From Christensenellaceae bacterium (GTDB lineage: Bacteria; Bacillota; Clostridia; Christensenellales; Borkfalkiaceae), in contig JAZNDO010000108.1 of NCBI GenBank assembly GCA_045588105.1, positions 15,881 to 79,880 on the forward strand: 64,000 nucleotides of DNA, in the 5' to 3' direction. Each line of letters starts with the position of its first letter. Positions within the stretch are counted from its first letter, which is position 1. A model generated the notes under the pieces. That model had not been told where the DNA came from. It was given only the letters and a program-made list of their open reading frames with translations, and did no database searches. Below are positions 53,684 through 61,688 of this stretch, piece after piece. The position numbers and the translations under genes were made by a program.

Positions 53684-55831
53684 CTAAATAAGACCGATAA
53701 AGATGGTGACACAAACGAGAGCAATCGTGCTCATTATCTTAATTAAGATGTCGAGCGACGGTCCTACGGTATCCTTTAACGGGTCGCCTACCGTATCGCC
53801 AACTATAGACGCGTCGTGAGCAGGCGTGCCTTTAGCAGCCCCCTCTACACCGCCGACCTCGATATACTTTTTCGCATTGTCCCAAGCACCGCCTGCGTTA
53901 CCTGTAAAGATTGCGAGCATTATTGCAGAAACCGTAGCGCCGATAAGTAATCCGCCTACGAAATGAGGTCCGAAAACCACACCGCAAACAACGGGGAAAG
54001 CAATCGCAACGAGGGCAGGGAGAATCATTTCTTTTAACGCGCCTTGAGAAGAAATCGTTATACATCTCTTATAGTCAGGGCGTTCGGTGCCGTCTAAAAT
54101 ACCCGGCTTTTCCTTAAACTGTCGTCTAACCTCTACAACCATCTTTCTTGCCGCCTTTGCGACCGAGTTAATAAGCATACCGCTGAAGAGGAAAGGAAGA
54201 GCGCCGCCGATAAGAGCGCCAACCAAAACGTCTCTTGAAATAATATTGAGAACGAGCGTGCTCATAAACGAATAGAGATAACTGCTCATCATAGAAACGG
54301 TTGCAAGCGCTGCAGAGCCGATTGCAAAGCCCTTACCGATAGCTGCAGTCGTGTTACCTACGCTGTCAAGCTTGTCGGTAATAGCTCTGACCTCTTTGTC
54401 AAGACCGCTCATTTCGGCAATACCGCCTGCGTTATCGCTTATAGGTCCGTAAGAGTCAACCGAGACGGTTGTAGCAACGAAGCAAAGCATACCGATTGCT
54501 CCGCATCCAACGCCGTACATTCCGCCAAGCAAATAACAAACGAAGATTGCAAGACCTAAGCAAACAACGGGAAGCATACAGGAAATCATACCCGTCGCCA
54601 TACCTTGTGTAATAGTGAGGGCTGAGCCTTCCTTTGAAGCTTCCGAAATCTTTTTAGTAGGCTTATAATCGTAGCTTGTATAATATTCAGATATTATACC
54701 GATAAGAACGCCTACTGCAATACCTATGGCTGCCGCAACCCAAGGAGTAAGTCTGCCTAAAGTAAAGCCTGCAGCTTTAAGCTGCTCTGAGCTTTCGTTC
54801 GCAAATAGGAAGAGGGAAAGAATAAAGCCGAACGCTATTGAAAGACCTGCGGAAACCCATGTGGAAATATTAAGCTCCATATGAGGATTGTCAGAAAGCT
54901 TTCTCTTAAAGAGAGTTGCGCCGATACCGATTACGCAGGCAATAAGACCAACGCCTGCAAATAATATGGGGAATATTACCATTTTCGCATAGAGCGAGGC
55001 AGAAACAAACGCCATATTGTGCGTAAATATCTCGATAGCGAGAATTGCGCAGGAAAGAATTGCTCCAACGTAGCTTTCCAAAAGGTCAGCGCCAAGACCT
55101 GCAACGTCGCCAACGTTATCGCCAACGTTATCTGCGATAGTAGCAGGGTTTCTTGGGTCGTCCTCGGGAATATGAGCCTCAGTTTTACCAACGAGGTCTG
55201 CGCCCATATCAGCCGCTTTCGTATAGATACCGCCGCCAACACGGTTGAATAACGCTATGATAGAACAGCCAAGCGCGTAGCCCGAAAGAACGAGTGAGAA
55301 ATTATACTCTACGCCGGTTATTGGGTTAACGCGAGTTGCAACCTTGCCTAAAGCAGTTACCTCAAGCATTCCGCCCCAAACGCCAAACGTAACGTATACG
55401 ATAATAACGCCTAAAAGCGCAAAGCCCGCAACACAAAGCCCCATAACCGAGCCTCCGCGATACGCAACCTTCAAGGTTTTACCGATATCACGGGTGTCGT
55501 TTGCCTCGTTTGCAACTCTTACGTTAGCGTATGTTGCAATCTTCATACCGATAAATCCTGCCGTTGCGCTCATTACTGCGCCGATTACGAAAGAAATACC
55601 CGTCTGCCAAGAAATTATTAAGCCTAAAATCACAGCGATAACCGAGCCGATAATCGCAACGATTTTATATTCATAATGAATAAAGGCGTTTGCGCCCTCT
55701 CTGATTGCCGACGCAATTTCTTGCATACGCTCGTTTCCTTCCTTCATCTTTCTAACGAGATAGAAATTGAGGAAAGCAAACGAAAGAGCAAGTAACGAGG
55801 CAAAAAGAACGATTAAAATTAAATAATTCAT
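53684..55831 (-). CDS. hppA: Membrane-bound ion-translocating pyrophosphatase.
   Basis: 715 aa with about 16 TM segments. GGIYTKAADMGADLVGK, DNVGDNVGD and DTVGDPLKD are present. Confidence 0.95.
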   Translation of the reverse strand: MNYLILIVLFASLLALSFAFLNFYLVRKMKEGNERMQEIASAIREGANAFIHYEYKIVAIIGSVIAVILGLIISWQTGISFVIGAVMSATAGFIGMKIATYANVRVANEANDTRDIGKTLKVAYRGGSVMGLCVAGFALLGVIIVYVTFGVWGGMLEVTALGKVATRVNPITGVEYNFSLVLSGYALGCSIIALFNRVGGGIYTKAADMGADLVGKTEAHIPEDDPRNPATIADNVGDNVGDVAGLGADLLESYVGAILSCAILAIEIFTHNMAFVSASLYAKMVIFPILFAGVGLIACVIGIGATLFKRKLSDNPHMELNISTWVSAGLSIAFGFILSLFLFANESSEQLKAAGFTLGRLTPWVAAAIGIAVGVLIGIISEYYTSYDYKPTKKISEASKEGSALTITQGMATGMISCMLPVVCLGLAIFVCYLLGGMYGVGCGAIGMLCFVATTVSVDSYGPISDNAGGIAEMSGLDKEVRAITDKLDSVGNTTAAIGKGFAIGSAALATVSMMSSYLYSFMSTLVLNIISRDVLVGALIGGALPFLFSGMLINSVAKAARKMVVEVRRQFKEKPGILDGTERPDYKRCITISSQGALKEMILPALVAIAFPVVCGVVFGPHFVGGLLIGATVSAIMLAIFTGNAGGAWDNAKKYIEVGGVEGAAKGTPAHDASIVGDTVGDPLKDTVGPSLDILIKIMSTIALVCVTIFIGLI

Positions 55832-55936
55832 ATCTTCTCCTTATTAAATTACTTTACTAAATTACTGTTTGAATACAAACTATAAAGGCTCCGGCATAAC
55901 GTTGGATGAATATTATGCAAGAGCCGTTAAATTCAA

Positions 55937-57256
55937 TTAAGCCTTATCGTTAAGACACTCAATACCCGGGAGCTTCTTACCCTCGAAAAGCTCGAGAGAT
56001 GCGCCGCCGCCCGTAGAGATGTGAGTCATCTTATCAGCGTAGCCGAGCTGAGCAACAGCAGCTGCAGAGTCGCCGCCGCCGATAATAGTGGTTGCGCCCT
56101 CGCAAGCAGCCATAGCGTTAGCGATTGCATTGGTACCTGCTGCTAAGGTAGGATTCTCGAAAACGCCCATAGGTCCGTTCCAGATAACAGTCTTCGCGCC
56201 CTTTAAAGCTTCAGCATAAAGCTCTCTCGTCTTAGGTCCGATATCGCAAGATTCCATATCGGGAGCGAAATCGCCAACGTTTCTGATAACGGTATCAATA
56301 GGAGCGTCAATAGGATTTGGGAATTCCTTAATTTGAACGCCGTCAACAGGAAGAAGAATCTTCTTACCTGCGTTTTTAGCCTTTTCCATCATTTCTAAGC
56401 AGTAGTCAATCTTGCTCTCGTCAACCATAGAAGCGCCAACCTCGTAGCCCTGAGCCTTTAAGAAGGTGTAAGCCATACCGCCGCCGATAATGAGAGTATC
56501 GCACTTTTCCAAAAGGTTAGAAATAACGTTGAGCTTATCAGCAACCTTAGCGCCGCCCAAGATAGCAACGAAAGGTCTTTGAGGATTTTCTAATGAAGCT
56601 GCCATAACCGAAAGCTCCTTTTCAATGAGGAAGCCGCAAACAGCAGTTTCAACGAGGCCGTATTCAACGATAGCGGCAGTTGAAGCGTGTGAACGGTGAG
56701 CAGTACCGAAGGCGTCGTTTACGTAAACGTCGGCAAATGCAGCGAGCTTTTTGCAGAAATCCTCGTGCTTCTTTTCCTCGCCTGCGTCAAAACGAAGGTT
56801 TTCAAGGAGTACGCACTCGCCTTCTTTTAAAGTTGCAACCTTAGCGCAAGCGTCTTCGCCTACGATATCGGTAGCGAAGGCTACCTTGCCGTCCAAAAGC
56901 TCGTTAAGTCTTGCAGCAACAGGCGCAAGCGTGAACTTTTTAGCGTCACCCTTTAAAGCCTTTGCGATATATTCAGCCTTAGCTGCCTCTCTTTCATTTT
57001 CAGGAAGAGCTTCAACAGCCTTCTTTTCCTTTTTGTTTAAGCCAAAGCCCTCGGTATAAATGTTGTGAGGCTTACCCATGTGAGAGCAAAGAACAACCTT
57101 TGCGCCGTGCTCCATAAGATACTTGATGGTAGGAAGAGCGCCGTTGATACGGTTTTCATCAGTGATAACCCCGTCCTTCATAGGAACGTTGAAATCGCAT
57201 CTTACCAAACACTTTTTGCCTTTAACGTCGATGTCTTTAATTGACTTCTTGTTCAT
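55937..57256 (-). CDS. pgk: Phosphoglycerate kinase, carrying an atypical charged insertion of about 35 aa.
   Basis: [32 protein letters not shown] and STGGGASLE are present. It is 439 aa, against about 395-400 aa for typical PGK. Confidence 0.95.
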   Translation of the reverse strand: MNKKSIKDIDVKGKKCLVRCDFNVPMKDGVITDENRINGALPTIKYLMEHGAKVVLCSHMGKPHNIYTEGFGLNKKEKKAVEALPENEREAAKAEYIAKALKGDAKKFTLAPVAARLNELLDGKVAFATDIVGEDACAKVATLKEGECVLLENLRFDAGEEKKHEDFCKKLAAFADVYVNDAFGTAHRSHASTAAIVEYGLVETAVCGFLIEKELSVMAASLENPQRPFVAILGGAKVADKLNVISNLLEKCDTLIIGGGMAYTFLKAQGYEVGASMVDESKIDYCLEMMEKAKNAGKKILLPVDGVQIKEFPNPIDAPIDTVIRNVGDFAPDMESCDIGPKTRELYAEALKGAKTVIWNGPMGVFENPTLAAGTNAIANAMAACEGATTIIGGGDSAAAVAQLGYADKMTHISTGGGASLELFEGKKLPGIECLNDKA

Positions 57257-57360
57257 TGTGTTACTCCTTATAAGAAAAATTATTTTTTTACAAAATTTTG
57301 ACTGTGAATAGGCTTTTCGCTACCCACCAACATTCATTGTACACAATATTTATTCAAATG

Positions 57361-58362
57361 TCAATTAAAGCGACGGCTTTTATTGTTAAAAGTTTTATTA
57401 AAAACTTTAGAGGAGCTTTTACCGCTTTTTACCGTCAATCTGCAAATCAAATCGGTTATACGCCTGTAAAAGGGCAAAAACAGCAGCGAGCAAGTTAGGT
57501 TAAACACGGTATGAAAGTTTGCAATTGCTCTGCCAACGCTTATTCCGTTCAAAAGAAAGAGCCTTGAAAATTGCTCCTCAAAAGCAAATATCACCGGGAA
57601 AAAGAGCACCGCGCCTAAAAAATTAAAGGAAAAATTAAAAAGCGAAGCCCTGCGCGCCTCCAACGACTTTTTATGCGACGCCACGATTACCGAAAAGCAG
57701 CTGCCGATATTTGAGCCGAGAACGAGATATACTATACTGCTGAATTTTACGAGCCCCTTGTTTGCAAGTATAACCGTTATGCCCGTTATTGCCGATGAGC
57801 TTTGAACGACAGCAGTCAGAACGATTCCGTTTAAAAACAGCGCAACCGGGCTTTCAAGCATAAACAGTCTTTCAAACCAACCGAACTCCACAAGCCCCGT
57901 CACACCCTCATCCATAACGTTTAGCCCCACGAACAGTATCCCCAAAGAAAGGCAGGCGTTTCCAAGCCTTTTTATCCAATTTTTTTGACAAAAGCCAAGC
58001 AATAAGCCGATTATCAGGGCAAAATACCCAACAATAAACCCTCCGCCGCCCGACAGCGACACGAGCTGAGCGGTAACCGTAGTACCTATGTTTGCGCCCA
58101 TTATTACAGGCGCGGCGCTTACGAAGGATATAACTCCCGACTCAACCAATTCAACCGTTATAAAGCTGACGGCAACGCTGCTTTGAGTTATCCCTGCGAC
58201 AAGTGTGCCGACCAAAACTCCGTTCAAAGGCTTTCTTACAAGCCGTGAAATACCTGTCGACGCCTGACCTACGACCAACGATTCCGTGCTCTTGCTTATT
58301 TGACTTAACGCATAGATAAAAAGCGAAATTCCGCCTAAAAGCTTTAACAGTGCGACAAACAT
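57361..58362 (-). CDS. Na/Pi cotransporter family protein (short form, no PhoU-like C-terminal domain).
   Basis: Two internal repeats with GANIGTTVTAQLVS and GSNIGSCFSVIVAS. 333 aa. Confidence 0.7.
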   Translation of the reverse strand: MFVALLKLLGGISLFIYALSQISKSTESLVVGQASTGISRLVRKPLNGVLVGTLVAGITQSSVAVSFITVELVESGVISFVSAAPVIMGANIGTTVTAQLVSLSGGGGFIVGYFALIIGLLLGFCQKNWIKRLGNACLSLGILFVGLNVMDEGVTGLVEFGWFERLFMLESPVALFLNGIVLTAVVQSSSAITGITVILANKGLVKFSSIVYLVLGSNIGSCFSVIVASHKKSLEARRASLFNFSFNFLGAVLFFPVIFAFEEQFSRLFLLNGISVGRAIANFHTVFNLTCSLLFLPFYRRITDLICRLTVKSGKSSSKVFNKTFNNKSRRFN

Positions 58363-58498
58363 AACGTCCCCTCGTCTATTTTTATTCGCAAAAGAGCCAA
58401 ATCTTGACTTAATTTAACTTAAAAGTTAAATTTTTGCTTGCAAAAGCGCTTTTACTGTGGTATGATATAACTTAGTAAATATAACTTATGGGTGACTT

Positions 58499-60337
58499 AT
58501 GAAAAACAGGAAGCATGAAACACTTAAAAAGATTATACTTTTTACAATCGACGTGATTTTACTTTCCGCGTCCTTATTCTTTGCTTATTACGGCACTTTG
58601 AGGGGTACTCCGATTGACCTTAAAATTGCAGGCTGGTTTGCAATGAACCTGATTTTAACTATCTTCTGCTACTCTGCGCTTAACCTCTATACGATGGTTT
58701 TTCAAACGGTAAGTATAGTCGAGGCGTTAAAAATAGCAATCGCGATAGTTACGGTTGGCTTTGCAAACATTATTTACGACATTATTCTTGACTCGGCGAT
58801 TGAATTCACCACCACTCTCGTATTTTTAGCCTTTGCTTTCTATTCAACGCTTATTTCAAGATTCCACAACAGAATTATCTCGTTTGCAAAAAAATACACC
58901 AAAAAAACGACTACTCCGCCCAAGCGCGTTATGATTGTCGGCGCGGGCAATGCGGGAAACTCCCTTTTAACAGAGCTTAGAAATTCGGATAAAATCAACT
59001 ACACTGCAGTTTGCCTTATCGATGACGACGTAGATAAAATCGGTAAAAATATAGGCGGCGTAAAAATAGTCGGCACAACCTACGACATCAAGAAGGCCGT
59101 TGCCGAATACAAGGTTGAAGAAATATTTATTACGATGCCCTCTGCGGGTAAAAAGAGACTGAGTAAAATTATTTCAAGATGTAAAGACAGCAACTGCCCT
59201 GTTAAAATTCTCCCCGGTATTTACCAGCTTGCAGACGGTCAGATTTCGGTATCAGACCTCAGAGAGGTTGAAATTCAAGACCTTTTAGGCCGCGACCAGG
59301 TTGACGTTGATATAGAGGAAATTATAGGATATATAGAAGGAAAAACAGTTCTCGTAACAGGTGGCGGCGGTTCAATAGGCAGCGAGCTTTGCCGTCAAAT
59401 TGCAAGTCATAGACCAAAGCAGTTGATAATTTTGGATATTTACGAAAACAACGCTTACGATATTGAACAGGAGCTAAGAAGAAAATATCCTCACCTTAAC
59501 CTTTTAACTCTTATAGCAAGTATTCGCGATAAGGGCAAAATGGACGACGTTTTCAAAAAGCATAAGCCTGAAATCGTCTTCCACGCCGCAGCGCATAAGC
59601 ACGTTCCTCTTATGGAAACAAGCCCTAATGAGGCTGTAAAGAATAACGTTTTCGGAACGTATAACCTTGCTAAATGCGCGGATAAATACGGCGTTAAAAC
59701 GTTCGTTCAAATATCAACCGATAAAGCCGTAAACCCAACCAACGTTATGGGCGCAACCAAGCGTATTTGCGAAATGATTATTCAAACGATTGGTAAGCAC
59801 AGCAAAACAACCAATTTCGTTGCGGTAAGATTCGGTAACGTTTTAGGCTCTAACGGCTCGGTTATTCCTCTTTTCAAAAAGCAAATTTCTGAGGGCGGCC
59901 CCGTAACCGTTACACATAAGGATATTATAAGATACTTTATGACTATACCCGAGGCTGTTTCACTCGTTCTTCAAGCAGGCTCTTATGCAAAGGGCGGTCA
60001 AATCTTCGTGCTTGATATGGGCGAGCCTGTAAGAATTTACGACTTAGCGTATAACCTTATAAAGCTTTCCGGCTTAGAGCCCGGCATTGATATTGAAATT
60101 AAATGCACCGGTCTTCGCCCCGGCGAAAAGCTCTTTGAGGAAAGACTTATGGATGAAGAGGGTATGCAAAAAACTCCCAACGGTCTTATCAATATCGCTC
60201 AACCGATTAAGCTTGACGAAGAAAACTTATGGCACACCTTAGACAACCTCTACAAGGCGGCTTACGACGAAACCGACGATATGAAGTACCTTGTTAAAGA
60301 GCTTGTACCAACCTATAAAATAGACGAAAGAGCTTAA
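58499..60337 (+). CDS. Membrane-anchored polysaccharide biosynthesis protein, CapD/PglF/WbpM-like NDP-sugar 4,6-dehydratase.
   Basis: N-terminal TM helices, then two Rossmann motifs (VMIVGAGNAGNSL and VLVTGGGGSIGSEL), then HAAAHKHVP (YxxxK region). A TTGCAA-17-TATGAT promoter lies upstream. Confidence 0.85.
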   Translation: MKNRKHETLKKIILFTIDVILLSASLFFAYYGTLRGTPIDLKIAGWFAMNLILTIFCYSALNLYTMVFQTVSIVEALKIAIAIVTVGFANIIYDIILDSAIEFTTTLVFLAFAFYSTLISRFHNRIISFAKKYTKKTTTPPKRVMIVGAGNAGNSLLTELRNSDKINYTAVCLIDDDVDKIGKNIGGVKIVGTTYDIKKAVAEYKVEEIFITMPSAGKKRLSKIISRCKDSNCPVKILPGIYQLADGQISVSDLREVEIQDLLGRDQVDVDIEEIIGYIEGKTVLVTGGGGSIGSELCRQIASHRPKQLIILDIYENNAYDIEQELRRKYPHLNLLTLIASIRDKGKMDDVFKKHKPEIVFHAAAHKHVPLMETSPNEAVKNNVFGTYNLAKCADKYGVKTFVQISTDKAVNPTNVMGATKRICEMIIQTIGKHSKTTNFVAVRFGNVLGSNGSVIPLFKKQISEGGPVTVTHKDIIRYFMTIPEAVSLVLQAGSYAKGGQIFVLDMGEPVRIYDLAYNLIKLSGLEPGIDIEIKCTGLRPGEKLFEERLMDEEGMQKTPNGLINIAQPIKLDEENLWHTLDNLYKAAYDETDDMKYLVKELVPTYKIDERA

Positions 60338-60346
60338 CGCTCGACG

Positions 60347-60376
60347 AAAAAAGCCTTGCCAAACGGCAAGGCTTTT
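60347..60376. terminator. Intrinsic terminator after the capD-like gene.
   Basis: AAAAGCCTTGCC-AAAC-GGCAAGGCTTTT, followed by a T-rich tract. Confidence 0.8.
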
Positions 60377-60421
60377 AAAATTTTTATTTAAGAAATCAAG
60401 CATTTGTAAGGCGTAAAGCTA

Positions 60422-60562
60422 TCAACCCCACGCATCGGGATATTCCTCACCCACTTCCCTGTCGGACGAAGGATTGGAGTTGTTGTTTTTGCTTGCGCAA
60501 GAACAGCCTGCAAGCGAAAAACAAATTATTAATGATAACAAGATAATCAGTATTTTTTTCAT
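60422..60562 (-). CDS. Small putative lipoprotein, 46 aa.
   Basis: My own translation: MKKILIILLSLIICFSLAGCSCASKNNNSNPSSDREVGEEYPDAWG. It has a classic lipobox (LAGC). The GAGG motif is rather far from the ATG (about 12 nt), so this call is tentative. Confidence 0.45.
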   Translation of the reverse strand: MKKILIILLSLIICFSLAGCSCASKNNNSNPSSDREVGEEYPDAWG

Positions 60563-60729
60563 ATTAATTTTTTAACCTCATTTCAATCAGTATAAATGGT
60601 TATATACATCCAATAAGGAGGGGCAAGCCCCTCCCCTACTTTTAACTTAACACGCTTCGTTAAAATTTCCAAAAATAACTGTGAAACAAGAAATTTTGGA
60701 AAGAGGAGCAAAGCAAAGTGACGTTAAAA

Positions 60730-60830
60730 GCGTGACGCTCCACCCAATTTTCCTTTACCCCTACAAAGCGAGATTTAAAGACTTAGATGCGAGCAAAAGA
60801 AGGCTCGCTTTGTGACACAAGACACAATAG
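60730..60830 (+). repeat. 101-bp direct repeat, copy A.
   Basis: GCGTGACGCTCCACCCAATTTTCCTTTACCCCTACAAAGCGAGATTTAAAGACTTAGATGCGAGCAAAAGAAGGCTCGCTTTGTGACACAAGACACAATAG. It is identical to 60950-61050 except at one position (A at 60781 versus G at 61001). Confidence 0.9.
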
Positions 60831-60860
60831 AGCAACGTGACGTTGCATTCGTGTTCTTCA

Positions 60861-60920
60861 CCCCTACAAAGCGAGATTTAAAGACTTAGATGCGAGGTAG
60901 GCAAGGCTCGTTTTGTTAGC
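60861..60920 (+). repeat. Partial diverged copy B of the repeat core.
   Basis: CCCCTACAAAGCGAGATTTAAAGACTTAGATGCGAG is identical to the core of copies A and C. It then diverges (GTAGGCAAGGCTCGTTTTG), keeping the stem through a G-U change. Confidence 0.8.
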
Positions 60921-60949
60921 AAGGGTTTGGTAGACCTTGTTGGTCAGGA

Positions 60950-61050
60950 GCGTGACGCTCCACCCAATTTTCCTTTACCCCTACAAAGCGAGATTTAAAG
61001 GCTTAGATGCGAGCAAAAGAAGGCTCGCTTTGTGACACAAGACACAATAG
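60950..61050 (+). repeat. 101-bp direct repeat, copy C.
   Basis: See copy A. The period is 220 bp. Confidence 0.9.
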
Positions 61051-61120
61051 ACCTCTTTGGTCATTGGGGTTTGGGACACAAAGCAGTAACGCACTTTTGC
61101 GACGCAGATAAGACTTTAAA

Positions 61121-61549
61121 TTAAATTACACCTTTTTTTAGAATAACGTTCGCATATATAGCCTTTTCACCCGTTGCAATTACGCAGTACGCCTTTTTTG
61201 CTCTTTCGTAAAAGGCAAAACGCTCTTCACTGCCTAAGCGGAAATTGTCATCATGCTTAGCGGCAATATTTTCGTATTCCTTCCAAATAACGGGGTTAAC
61301 CTTACCAACGTCAGACGGAACGAGCTGCATAAGAATAAGATTCTCCTCACTATAGGTGTCAAGAGGAAAAACGGACAGCACAGCGTTGAGCATATCGGTG
61401 CCGCTTATACCGTCGGCGCGAACAAGCCTTTGCCCATAGTTTGCGGAAGGGAAATTTGCGTCTGCGATAACTATTTCGTCACCGTGTCCCATTTCGGCAA
61501 GAATTTTTAAAAGCTCGGGACTGAGAATAGGGTTTATATTTTTAAGCAT
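61121..61549 (-). CDS. fucU: L-fucose mutarotase (RbsD/FucU family).
   Basis: I moved the start to the ATG at 61549 (AAGGAGAG RBS). MLKNINPILSPELLKILAEMGHGDEIVIADANFPS...RFAFYERAKKAY...ILKKGV is collinear with E. coli FucU. Confidence 0.85.
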   Translation of the reverse strand: MLKNINPILSPELLKILAEMGHGDEIVIADANFPSANYGQRLVRADGISGTDMLNAVLSVFPLDTYSEENLILMQLVPSDVGKVNPVIWKEYENIAAKHDDNFRLGSEERFAFYERAKKAYCVIATGEKAIYANVILKKGVI

Positions 61550-61688
61550 AACTCTCTCCTTTGGTTTATTATAATCATTATACACCCTTTTCCCCCTTTT
61601 AACAATAGTTTTAACAAATAAAAGTACGGACCCCAAAAAAATCCGTACTTTTTATATTGGCTCAGCGCCGACTGTCTGATATATTTCG

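Noticed and set aside
58412-58431. Palindrome ATTTAACTT-AA-AAGTTAAAT between the divergent Na/Pi transporter and capD-like genes, as a possible operator.
   Set aside because: It is a perfect repeat but made entirely of AT-rich sequence in an AT-rich divergent promoter region. There is no second copy in the window and no adjacent regulator. The evidence is too weak to call.
60730-61050. Possible CRISPR array: a 36-nt core repeated three times.
   Set aside because: The sequences between the cores are themselves repeated, because the true unit is 101 bp and is nearly identical in two copies. Spacing is irregular (93 and 127 nt), and no cas genes or leader are present. It is a direct-repeat or structured element, not CRISPR.
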